Part shown: positions 27,401 through 40,142 of the stretch, piece by piece
How the letters are laid out: the number at the start of each line of letters is the position of its first letter
Numbering within the stretch: the stretch's first letter is position 1
From: Macrostomum lignano
Lineage: Eukaryota
Reading direction: 5' to 3'
Assembly: GCA_002269645.1 (NCBI GenBank)
Contig: NIVC01000862.1
Span: 124,001-188,000 of the forward strand
Length of the DNA stretch: 64,000 bases
The notes under the pieces: model-generated
What the model was told of the DNA's origin: nothing
The model's database searches: none
Seen by the model: only the letters and a program-made list of their open reading frames with translations
Position numbers and translations under genes: made by a program

Positions 27401-30400
27401 TTAAAAACTTCTATCAGAATTTGCGTCTTCCAGACCGTCGCCCGCTCCGTCTGGAGCTTCGCCATCGCCGAGTGCTTCGGCCACCGAGCGCATCAGCTGA
27501 TGAAAAGGTGGTGCCGGTTCAGCAGCAGCAGCAGCAGCACGAGGAGACGGAAGATCAATAAGCTGCTTGACTGATCTGGCCGTGTCTGTTCTGGGCGTGT
27601 CCGCTTCGAGAATTGGGTCCAGCTGCGGCAGCCTCTGGTGCTGCTGCTGCGCCACACCATATCCATCAGCATTGTTGTCAAGGTCATCATCACCCGGATG
27701 TTGGTCAGTTTTGTCGTCCTCCTGCCGATCAAGTCCCAGATCGAGACGAGGCACTGCTGCTCCGCTGCTAGCAGCTGTCTGAGTCTTGGCTAAATATGAG
27801 TCATACGCCTGCTGGGCATCTGTGCGGGTCATCAACAAGTCATCCGCTCGGGTCGCTGGTGGGTCATACTTGCTGGCTACGTGAGCTGTCACCGATGAGT
27901 CATAGGCATAGCTACTACTGCTGGCTTTGGTCATCGGTGGGTCATAACTGTTAGAGGTGTGAGTCAGCAATGAGTCATAGGTCTGGTTGCTAGCTATGGT
28001 ACTCATCGGAGTGTCATTGAATCTGGCATGAGCTGCAGATGAGTCATAGTACTGATTGCTGGCTTTAGTGGTCATCGGAAGGTCATACTTGCTGGCATGA
28101 GCCCCTGGTGAGTCATAGACCTGGTTGCTGGGTTTGGCGGTCGTCTGAGGGTTATACTTGCTGGCATGAGCTGCAGATGAGTCATAGGTCTGATTGCTGG
28201 CTTTAGCGGTCATTTGAGGGTCATGGAAGCTTGCATGAGCCCCTGATGAGTCATAGGTCTGATTGCTGGCTTGGACGGTCATCGGAAGGTCATACTTGCT
28301 GGCATGGGATCCAGATGAGTCATAGGTCTGATTGCTGGCTTTAGCGGTCATTTGAGGGTCATGGAAGCTTGCATGAGCCCCTGATGAGTCATAGGTCTGA
28401 TTGCTAGCTTTAGTGGTCATCGGAAAGTCATACTTGCAGGCATGAGCGCCTGGTGAGTCATAAACTTGTTTGCTGGAGTTTTTCATCGTTAATTCGTACT
28501 TATTAGCGACGTGACTCATTGATGAGTCATAGGAAGAACTGCTGTTTTGCGTCAACGGTTGGTTGTTGGTTCGACTTTCAGCTGACAAAACCACGGACCC
28601 AGCAGTGGCTTCTCTGCCGATGGCGGCGGGCCTGAATGACTCATCGATAACGTCAGAGGACGAGACTCCATGCAGAGGTGATGAGTCATAGGCTGCAGCC
28701 AAATCTGACTTCGGCTTTCTAGCGGGCGATCCGTGACCATGACTGGCGGTGGCGGAGGGCCCTCTGGTCCCTAATGAGTCAGAAACTGGCTGATGACCTT
28801 TTCCTGATCGAGGTGAGTCATGCGAATGCGAGTCAAAGGAAGCGCGATTCACGGATGAGTCATATGTATGACGAGTTAGTGAGTCATACGCCTGAGCCGC
28901 GCGACCAGATGATGCGTCATATGCATGAGCTCTTTGACCAGCGGATGCAATGCTTCTTTGACCAGCTAATAAGTCATTGGCCTGACCGTCAAAATTAACT
29001 AGTTGGTTGTCATACGCGTGATTGCTATGACGGTTCGATGAGGCATACGCATGACCAGTATGACCGGCAGATGAGTCATACGCATGACCAGTATGACCGG
29101 CAGATGAGTCATACGCATGACCAGTATGACCGGCAGATGAGTCATACGCATGACCAGTATGACCGGCAGATGAGTCATACGCATTACCAGTATGATGAGT
29201 AGATGAGTCATACGCATGACCAGTACGACCGGCAGATGAGTCATACACATGACCAGTATGACCGTCAGATGAGTCATAGTTTTGAACGGCCGAAGAAGAC
29301 GCTTCGTACGGTTTATCGGCCTCGAGCTGGGGTCCACGTCGAAGTCCGATTCTCACCGAGCCGTCACCAGCGGAACCGACTGAATCCTGGGTGACGTTTG
29401 ATCTCGCCGACATCGGCTGCTGGCCCGTACCGACATCGCTTCCGGCACCACCGACGCTGCCGCCACCACCGCTGAGAATGCTCAGAGCGTCGTTGCACTG
29501 GCCCTGCATTACCGACTGCACCAGACCGGCCATTCGGAGTCGCTGCTGGTCCGCATGCCGCTTCTGCTCCTTCCAGTGCTCGCACCGCCTCGACAGCTCT
29601 TCGTTCTCTTCGCGTGCCGACCGAAGTCGCTCCTCCATCTCGGCGCATCTGGGGAGAGTTGAAGCTGGTCAGTGAGTTCTATTCTAAATTCTATGCGGCC
29701 TAATTGGCGCCATTTTAATTTAACTAATCTAATCTAATCAACCTAGCGCCACCCATATCAACCTAGCGCCACCCGTATCAATCTAGCGCCACCCATATCA
29801 ACCTAACGTCACCCATATCAACCTAGCGCCACCCATATCAATCTAGCGCCACTCATATCAATCTAGCGCCACCCATATCAATCTAGCGCCACTCTAATCA
29901 ACCTAGCGCCACCCGTATCAATCTAGCGCCACTCATATCAATCTAGCGCCACCCATATCAATCTAGCGCCACCCCAATCAATCTAACGCATATCTGATCA
30001 ATCTAGCCCTACTCTGATCAAAATAGCGCCACTCTGATCAATCTAGCGCCGCTATCACTAGTCACCTGGCATCCAGCTCTTCCTCGAACCGCCGTCTCAG
30101 CGTCTCCTTCTCCTTCGCCCAGCGCTCCCGCAGGCCTCGAATCTCTGCTTGCGCTGAGTCGCGCGCAGCTCGTTCGCGCCGGGACCAATCGGCGCGCGCC
30201 GCCTCCAGCCGTTCGGCGGCTTCGCGCTCCGCTCTGGCGCGCGCCTCGGACTCGGCCTTGCGCCTGGCGGGCTCCAGCTGGGCTTCGCGAGCCTCCCAGG
30301 CGGACTGGAGGTCACTAAGCTCGCTGGATAGGCGCTCCTGCTCCGAGGCTGAACGGCGAAGATCTGCTTGGGCCTGCGGGTGGGGAAAATTAATTTGATA

Positions 30401-33400
30401 GCTAGAAATACACATATCTGAAATATTTTAGATCCCAAAATATCATTCAAAAGATTTAAGACTCTAAAAATCCAATTCTCAAACTTTGAGGTCCCAAAAA
30501 TCCCAATAACAAATTTTGAGATCCCAAAAAATCCCATTTTCAAACTTTGAGATCCCAAAAAATCCCATTCTCAAACTTTGAGATCCCAAAAATCCCATTC
30601 TCAAACTTTGAGATCCCAAAAATCCCATTCTCAAACTTTGAGATTTCAAAAATCCCATTCTCAAACTTTGAGATCCCAAAAAATCCCATTCTCAAACTTT
30701 GAGATCCCAAAAATCCCATTCTCAAACTTTGAGATTTCAAAAATCCCATTCTCAAACTTTGAGATTTCAAAAATCCCATTCTCAAACTTTGAGATTTCAA
30801 AAATCCCATTCTCAAACTTTGAGATTTCAAAAATCCTATTCTCAAACTTTGAGATTTCAAAAATCCCATTCTCAAACTTTGAGATTTCAAAAATCCCATT
30901 CTCAAACTTTGAGATTTCAAAAATCCCATTCTCAAACTTTGAGATTTCAAAAATCCCATTCCAAAATTTCGAGATCCCAGAAATTCATTCCCAAATCTAC
31001 GAATGCCGACCTGATCCAGGGCTCGCTTCAAATCCGCCACCACCCGCTCCAGCTCTTCTCGTTCGGCGTGTCTGGCGCGCTCCGTCTCAGCCTGGCGCGC
31101 CTGCCACTCCGCCTGGCGCTCCGACCAGCCGCGCGCCTCCGCTTCCAGAACGCGCTCGCGTTGACGCGCAGACGCCTCGGTGTTGCGCTTCTCGGCGCGC
31201 GCCGCTTCCAGCTCGGCAGCCAGGCTGGCGCGGGCCTCAGCTTCGCGTCGAAGCTCCTCCCGGACGCGCGCCAACTCGGTGGCGCCAGTTTCCGCGGCGC
31301 GCGCCGCGTTCGCCTCGGCAGCTTCGGCTCTGGCGCGCCAGTCGCGCAATTGGCGCTCGGTTTGCTGCGCAGCGGCGCCGATTTCCTGCTGCGATTGGCG
31401 AGCGCGCGCGTTGGCGTTGGCCAGCTCGTGTTCCAGTGCGCTGGCGCGTTCAGTGACGCGGCGCGCCGATTGCTCGCGTTCGGCGTCTCTTCGGCGCCAG
31501 TTTTCGTTCAGCTTCTCGGTCGAGTCTTCCAGCTGCCGGATCTGAATAAAAGTTTTGACGCGATTCTTAGAAATCGTTGAATAAACTCTTTGAAAGCTTG
31601 CTGACAGCTTTTAGAATCACGTAGGAGCGATTCTAAGAAATAACTCGGATGACTTTAGCATAGCGTGCGGGTGATTCTAAAAAGATCGTTGAGCCATTCT
31701 TAGAAAGCATCTGAGAAATTCTTAGAAAGCACCTGAGAAATTCTTAGAAAGCACCTGAGAAATTCTTAGAAAGCGTCTGAGAAATTCGTAGAAAGCATCT
31801 GAGAAATTCTAAGAAAGCATCGAAAAAATTCTAAGAAAGCATCGAAAAAATTCTTAGAAAGCATCTGAGAAATTCTTAGAAAGCATCGAAAAAATTCGTA
31901 GAAAGCATCTAAGAAATTCTTAGAAATCATCGAAAAATTCGTAGAAAGCATCTGAGAAATTCTTAGAAAGCATCGAAAAAATTTGTAGAAAGCATCTGAG
32001 AAATTCTTAGAAAGCATCGAAAAATTCGTAGAAAGCATCTGAGAAATTCTTAGAAAGCATCGAAAAAATTCTTAGAAAGCATCGAAAAAATTCTTAGAAA
32101 GCATCGAAAAAATTCTTAGAAAGCATCTGAGAAATTCTTAAAAAGCATCGAAAAAATTCTTAGAAAGCATCTGAGAAATTCTTAGAAAGCATCGAAAAAT
32201 TCTTAGAAAGCATCTGAGAAATTCTTAGAAAGCATCGAAAAAATTCTTAGAAAGCATCTGAGAAATTCTTAGAAAGCTTCGCAGAAAATTTAAGAACGCC
32301 TCGGAGAAATTCTTCTTAGAAAAATTTTACAGTAACAATTCTTAGAAATGCATAGGACCGATTCTAAGAAATAAGTGAGGCGATTGTAACAAAGTGTGGT
32401 AGGTGGGGCTACCACCGTGTTTTTTTCTTTTTCCGGGTTTGGTCTCCTCTGTCCACCCTGAGATGCCCCATGACGTGTTTCCGCCCATCTCTCGCTCCCT
32501 GGTTTGCCCCTTTGGTTGGTCCTCTCTTGCGCCCTTGTGTGGTTTGTATTTTTCCCGGTTGTCGCCCCTTCCCGTGGTCATTTACTTTTGCATGCGTTTA
32601 AGTTCATTATTATTTTGTTTAATTTTGTTCACATGATGCGCCATTCGTGGCTCCCGGAGTTGCCCCTTTTGCGGTACCAATGCATGCTCCAATCAATGTA
32701 CTGCTTGCTTTCTTTGCATAACTATTTTAACGCTGGAAACGATGCGCAATCTAGCTTCCTCTCGGTCCTCTCCTCTTTCTCTCTTCCGCCGGATCGCCAA
32801 AATCTCTAATAGCGTCGCGTCTCAAGTAACCTTTAATTTTAATTAATTTTGTTTGATAATCTTTTACTAGCCGTTAATAATAATAAGCAGCTCACATTTA
32901 TTGACTAATTTATCTTCATTAAGTAATTGAAGCCCCGGTAGTTTATATTAAGTCATTTGCCCACGGGGCGTAAAACAATTAACGTTCTCAACTCAAAGAA
33001 GCTCTGAGACTAATTGCGTTCCGTAATACGAGAATGACGGTGGTGGCAGCTCTACCCTACTGATAGTAATCAGCTCAGCATATCGACGCATTAATTCACG
33101 GTGTCAGAGTCTCCGGTGTCTACCATTTGAACTACCGTGCCGTTAACAGACCGCTCGCCTACGATTGCAACTACCCTCCCCCCTGGAGTAAAACAGGAGA
33201 AAACTTCGTTGTGATTCGTCTGCGCGATTCTCCGGATTTAACTCGTGCGAACGTGCGAACGCCGTCGGAAATTCAAAGTTTAAAAACGTCCAACCGCCAG
33301 AAAAAGTTTCATTTCTCCGCCCCATCTCAAAAGCTTGACGGGCCTTTGTTACAATGATTAAGCATATTCCTAGAAACATTTCTTAGAAAGCTACAGGATC

Positions 33401-36400
33401 CACTCTGAAAATTATTGGGGGGGCATTTCTTAGAAAAAATGGGGTATCCTTAGAATGATTGACGTTCAAATTGAATGAGAATGAAAGAACACCGTAAGAA
33501 GCTTAAGTGTGACTCGAGATTGTATACACAATTTTCACTCATAATAGCAAGTGAAACTTCTAACTAATAATAACTGATTACTAACAAGTGAGTAAATTTT
33601 CGCATATACTACTTACTAGCTTACCAAACAAGATATTACTGCATGCACGACTATTGAAGAAATAATAAAAAAGGAAAAAGTGGGTTTGACTTCTCGAAAT
33701 TATTGACAGATTTTCACCTACAACTCTAAAGACAAACTTGGTTACAAGTTAAGAAGCGAATAGCTACTGCCGTTGGAGTCGGCCCCAAAAGCAGCGGATT
33801 AGTTGAGGCTGGTAGCTTTAGCTGGTGGATTCAGCTGGTAGCTTCAGCTGGTAGATTCAGCTGGTAGCTTCAGCTGGTACCTTCAGCTGGTAGCTTCAGC
33901 TGGTACCTTCAGCTGGTAGCTTCAGCTGGTAGATTCAGCTGGTAGATTCAGCTGGTAGCTTCAGCTGGTAGCTTCAGCTGGTAGCTTCAGCTGGTACCTT
34001 CAGCTGGTAGCTTCAGCTGGTACCTTCAGCTGGTAGCTTCAGCTGGTAGATTCAGCTGGTAGATTCAGCTGGTAGATTCAGCTGGTACCTTCAGCTGGTA
34101 GCTTCAGCTGGTACCTTCAGCTGGTAGCTTCAGCTGGTACCTTCAGCTGGTAGCTTCAGCTGGTAGATTCAGCTGGTAGATTCAGCTGGTAGCTTCAGCT
34201 ATTAGCTTCAGCTGGTAGCTTTAGCTGACCAGTAGATTCAGCTGTTAGCTTCAGCTGGTAGCTTTAGCTGGTAGCTTTAGCTGGTAGATTCAGCTGGTAG
34301 CTTTAGCTGGTAGATTCAGCTGGTAGCTTCAGCTGGTAGATTTATCTGGTAGATTTAGCTAGTAGATTCAGCCCAATTAACACAACATACAAGATCATGC
34401 AAGTCTCACGCCTTCACCCAACTCACAGTCTGATCTTTTCTCTCGCAGGCTGCCCTGAGACCTGTCAGCTCCTGGTCCTTTTTGAAGGCCTCCTGCTGCT
34501 TGGACCGCAGCTGAGTCTCGCACTCCTGCCGTTTCCGGCGCTCTTCATCGAGCTCAGATTTAAGCCGATTCAACTGCAACTCGAAAGCCTGACGAACGCC
34601 TTCAGCTCGGTCGGCTGCGTGACCGTTCTGGGTGGAGCTGGTCGATTCCGCATCAGCGCCTGCGGCTCCAGCTCCGGCCTCGCTGCTGCCGCCACCGCCG
34701 CCGCTCAACCGACGATGCAAACTTCGTCTGACTCGCTCGATGGTCTCCACACTGATGGCCGTCTGCCCGCCAGCGCTGTTGCCGCCAACTGACGAGATGC
34801 CGGATCTGAGAACAGATGAAAACAATACCTTGGTGAATGTCTTAGAGTGGTCAAATAATTGCTCTTATGAGTCAATTAGACGAATTAGTGACGCTTTTAT
34901 AGGGGCCGTAGAGTCTAAAGCGCATCTGCGTCACTTGATGAATCAGTAAGCTGTTTGTAACATTTTTAACGAGCCAACGGCCAAGCCCCAATAGTCGCAT
35001 TAATAAGTACTGTATCGCTTGCATATGGTAAACCACTCCTTGAAAATGTGAACTTCAATATTTAAACCACACGGAATTCCTCCCACACCTCCAGAGCTCA
35101 CCTTTCTATTGAAGGCTGCTGCTGCTGCTGTACATGATGAGCTGACAGGTAATATGATGAAGAAGGCTGCGTTTGCATCGCTGGTGGCCGAGTAAGTGAT
35201 GAAGCCCCACTGTAAGGCTGCTGATGCTGCTGATGGTGGTACTTTGATGTTGCCGCCTGCTGCGACTGGCCCGTGTAATGACTGCTGAGCTGACTGGGGA
35301 CACCGTTGGAGTTGCTGGAGAGAATAGTGAAATAGTAATTGACTTTGTAGCTGTATTATGGAATGGATTGCTAATCTAGCCAATCACAGATCAATTGGAA
35401 TATAATGGATTGCTAATCTAGCCAATCACAAATCAATTGGAATAGAATGGATTGCTAATCTAGCCAATCACAGATCAATTGGAATAGAATGGATTGCTAA
35501 TCTAGCCAATCACAGATCAATTGGAATAGAATGGATTGCTAATCTAGCCAATCACAGATCAATTGGAATAGAATGGATTGCTAATCTAGCCAATCACAGA
35601 TCAATTGGAATAGAATGGATTGCTAATCTAGCCAATCACGGATTATTTGGAATAGAATGGATTGCTAATCTAGCCAATCACAGATCAATTTGAATAGAAT
35701 GGATTGCTAATCTAGCCAATCACAGATCAATTGGAATAGAATGGATTGCTAATCTAGACAATCACAGATCAATTGGAATAGAATGAATTGCTAATCTAGC
35801 CAATCACAGATCAATTGGAATAGAATGGATTGCTAATCTAGCCAATCACTGATCAATTGGAATAGAATGGATTGCTAATCTAGCCAATCACAAATCAATT
35901 GGAATAGAATGGATTGCTAATCTAGCCAATCACGGATTATTTGGAATAGAATGGATTGCTAATCTAGCCAATCACAGATCAATTGGAATAGAATGGATTG
36001 CTAATCTAGCCAATCACGGATCAACTGGAATAGAATGGATTGCTAATCTAGCCAATCACGGATCAACTGGAATAGAATGGATTGCTAATCTAGACAATCA
36101 CAGATCAATTGGAATAGAATGGATTGCTAATCTAGCCAATCACAGATCAATTGGAATAGAATGGATTGCTAATCTAGCCAATCACAGATCAATTGGAATA
36201 GAATGAATTGCTAATCTAGCCAATCACAGATCAATTGGAATAGAATGGATTGCTAATCTAGCCAATCACAGATCAACTGGAATAGAATGGATTGCTAATC
36301 TAGCCAATCACAAATCAATTGGAATAGAATGGATTGCTAATCTAGCCAATCACGGATTATTTGGAATAGAATGGATTGCTAATCTAGCCAATCACAGATC

Positions 36401-39400
36401 AATTGGAATAGAATGGATTGCTAATCTAGCCAATCACAAATCAATTGGAATAGAATGGATTGCTAATCTAGACAATCACAGATCAATTGGAATAGAATGA
36501 ATTGCTAATCTAGCCAATCACAGATCAATTGGAATAGAATGGATTGCTAATCTAGCCAATCACTGATCAATTGGAATAGAATGGATTGCTAATCTAGACA
36601 ATCACAAATCCATTGGAATAGAATGGATTGCTAATCTAGCCAATCACGGATTATTTGGAATAGAATGGATTGCTAATCTAGCCAATCACAGATCAATTGG
36701 AATAGAATGGATTGCTAATCTAGCCAATCACGGATCAACTGGAATAGAATGGATTGCTAATCTAGCCAATCACGGATCAACTGGAATAGAATGGATTGCT
36801 AATCTAGACAATCACAGATCAATTGGAATAGAATGGATTGCTAATCTAGCCAATCACAGATCAATTGGAATAGAATGGATTGCTAATCTAGCCAATCACA
36901 GATCAATTGGAATAGAATGGATTGCTAATTTAGACAATCACAGATCAATTGGAATAGAATGGATTGCTAATCTAGCCAATCACAGATCAATTGGAATAGA
37001 ATGGATTGCTAATCTAGCCAATCACAAATCAATTGGAATAGAATGGATTGCTAATCTAGACAATCACAGATCAATTGGAATAGAATGGATTGCTAATCTA
37101 GACAATCACAGATCAATTGGAATAGAATGGATTGCTAATCTAGCCAATCACAAATCAATTGGAATAGAATGGATTGCTAATCTAGCCAATCACAGATCAA
37201 TTGGAATAGAATGGATTGCTAATCTAGACAATCACAGATCAATTGGAATAGAATGGATTGCTAATCTAGACAATCACAGATCAATTGGAATAGAATGGAT
37301 TGCTAATCTAGCCAATCACAAATCAATTGGAATAGAATGGATTGCTAATCTAGCCAATCACAGATCAATTGGAATAGAATGGATTGCTAATCTAGCCAAT
37401 CACAAATCAATTGGAATAGAATGGATTGCTAATCTAGCCAATCACAGATCAATTGGAATAGAATGGATTGCTAATCTAGCCAATCACAGATCAATTGGAA
37501 TAGAATGGATTGCTAATCTAGCCAATCACAGATCAATTGGAATAGAATGGATTGCTAATCTAGCCAATCACGGATTATTTGGAATAGAATGGATTGCTAA
37601 TCTAGCCAATCACAGATCAATTGGAATAGAATGGATTGCTAATCTAGCCAATCACAAATCAATTGGAATAGAATGGATTGCTAATCTAGACAATCACAGA
37701 TCAATTGGAATAGAATGAATTGCTAATCTAGCCAATCACAGATCAATTGGAATAGAATGGATTGCTAATCTAGCCAATCACTGATCAATTGGAATAGAAT
37801 GGATTGCTAATCTAGACAATCACAAATCCATTGGAATAGAATGGATTGCTAATCTAGCCAATCACGGATTATTTGGAATAGAATGGATTGCTAATCTAGC
37901 CAATCACAGATCAATTGGAATAGAATGGATTGCTAATCTAGCCAATCACGGATCAACTGGAATAGAATGGATTGCTAATCTAGCCAATCACGGATCAACT
38001 GGAATAGAATGGATTGCTAATCTAGACAATCACAGATCAATTGGAATAGAATGGATTGCTAATCTAGCCAATCACAGATCAATTGGAATAGAATGGATTG
38101 CTAATCTAGCCAATCACAGATCAATTGGAATAGAATGGATTGCTAATTTAGACAATCACAGATCAATTGGAATAGAATGGATTGCTAATCTAGCCAATCA
38201 CAGATCAATTGGAATAGAATGGATTGCTAATCTAGCCAATCACAGATCAATTGGAATAGAATGGATTGCTAATCTAGACAATCACAGATCAATTGGAATA
38301 GAATGGATTGCTAATCTAGACAATCACAGATCAATTGGAATAGAATGGATTGCTAATCTAGCCAATCACAAATCAATTGGAATAGAATGGATTGCTAATC
38401 TAGCCAATCACAGATCAATTGGAATAGAATGGATTGCTAATCTAGACAATCACAGATCAATTGGAATAGAATGGATTGCTAATCTAGACAATCACAGATC
38501 AATTGGAATAGAATGGATTGCTAATCTAGCCAATCACAAATCAATTGGAATAGAATGGATTGCTAATCTAGCCAATCACAGATCAATTGGAATAGAATGG
38601 ATTGCTAATCTAGCCAATCACAAATCAATTGGAATAGAATGGATTGCTAATCTAGCCAATCACAGATCAATTGGAATAGAATGGATTGCTAATCTAGCCA
38701 ATCACAGATCAATTGGAATAGAATGGATTGCTAATCTAGCCAATCACAGATCAATTGGAATAGAATGGATTGCTAATCTAGCCAATCACAGATCAATTGG
38801 AATAGAATGGATTGCTAATCTAGCCAATCACAGATCAATTGGAATAGAATGGATTGCTAATTTAGACAATCACAGATCAATTGGAATAGAATGGATTGCT
38901 AATCTAGCCAATCACGGATCAACTGGAATAGAATGGATTGCTAATCTAGCCAATCACAGATCAATTGGAATAGAATGGATTGCTAATCTAGACAATCACA
39001 GATCAATTGGAATAGAATGGATTGCTAATCTAGACAATCACAGATCAATTGGAATAGAATGGATTGCTAATCTAGCCAATCACAAATCAATTGGAATAGA
39101 ATGGATTGCTAATCTAGCCAATCACAGATCAATTGGAATAGAATGGATTGCTAATCTAGCCAATCACAGATCAATTGGAATAGAATGGATTGCTAATCTA
39201 GCCAATCACAGATCAATTGGAATAGAATGGACTGCTAATTTAGACAATCACAGATCAATTGGAATAGAATGGATTGCTAATCTAGCCAATCACAGATCAA
39301 TTGGAATAGAATGGATTGCTAATCTAGCCAATCACAAATCAATTGGAATAGAATGGATTGCTAATCTAGCCAATCACAGATCAATTGGAATAGAATGGAT

Positions 39401-40142
39401 TGCTAATCTAGCCAATCACAAATCAATTGGAATAGAATGGATTGCTAATCTAGCCAATCACAGATCAATTGGAATAGAATGGATTGCTAATCTAGCCAAT
39501 CACAGATCAATTGAAACAGAGTGGATTGCTAATCTAGTGAAAACAAGAATTCAAAAGTTAAGCAGAATTCCAATTCGAGCCTCACAAACTGTTTCTGCCG
39601 TCCATCAGCCGAGAAGCGCTGCTACTCCTATACATGGCCATGGCTGCGGCAGCAGTGGTTGAAGTACCAGTTGAACTTGTCAGTGGACCAGCGGACGAAG
39701 TTCTGAAGATTTTAAGTTTATTATTGAAAATTTTCAATAAAAATTTGCGTTCTACCATTTTAACAGCATTGATTCCAAGGACCTACATGCCAGAGGTCCC
39801 ATTGGCAGCACCATAGGAAGACAGCACTCCATCATGGTACAGAGCACCGGCCCTGACTGTGTGACTTCGGGAACCCGCCATGGCAGAACTGGACGACACA
39901 AAACCGGAAGTCGAGGCCGAGGAAGTGTACAGCGGAGGCTTGCCCGACAGTGACAGGGATGGCGGGGGCCTCATCGACGAGGTGGATGGTTGTACATCGT
40001 CAATGACAGCTGGCAGGCGGGACACAGTGCTGAAGTCGCTCAATGCTGCCTCACTGCGCTCTGTCAGCTGGGCACTTTGTGCCAGCAGGGGGTCCAGACC
40101 TTCTAGCAGGTCGTCAGTCTTGTCAGAGCCATGCTGAGACAT
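27401..40142 (-). CDS. CNTROB: Centrobin-like centriolar coiled-coil protein, 7 exons, ~1383 aa
   Basis: Exons 39787-40142 (ATG), 39586-39702, 35102-35314, 34427-34805, 31011-31541, 30066-30373, 27401-29648 (TAA). All have GT-AG boundaries with matching phases (4152 nt). EERRKRQECETQLRS..RAACERKDQTIRQLEDSTEKLNENWRRRDAERE and LVQSVMQGQCNDALSIL match my recollection of human centrobin (ERTRRKHCERHIQSLQ..AADRKKDTMIEQLDKTLARVVEGWNRHEAERT; LQAMLQAHWDEANQLL). This needs BLAST confirmation. Confidence 0.8.
29755..30055. repeat. 20-bp intronic minisatellite (ATCAATCTAGCGCCACCCAT)
   Basis: Read directly. Confidence 0.9.
30476..30985. repeat. 30-bp intronic minisatellite (ATTCTCAAACTTTGAGATTTCAAAAATCCC) with internal CTCAAA/TTTGAG inverted repeat
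   Basis: Read directly. Confidence 0.95.
31698..32300. repeat. ~20-bp intronic minisatellite (GAAATTCTTAGAAAGCATCT variants)
   Basis: Read directly. Confidence 0.93.
33808..34372. repeat. 13-bp intronic minisatellite (CAGCTGGTAGCTT/AGATT/ACCTT)
   Basis: Read directly. Confidence 0.93.
35364..39538. repeat. 42-bp satellite (~99 copies; GGATTGCTAATCTAGCCAATCACAGATCAATTGGAATAGAAT) filling centrobin intron 2
   Basis: Read directly. Variant units recur with a 1218-bp (29-unit) period. Confidence 0.98.

Noticed and set aside
32397-33060. Possible MITE with imperfect terminal inverted repeats
   Set aside because: The inverted match is short and mismatched, and no TSD was found.
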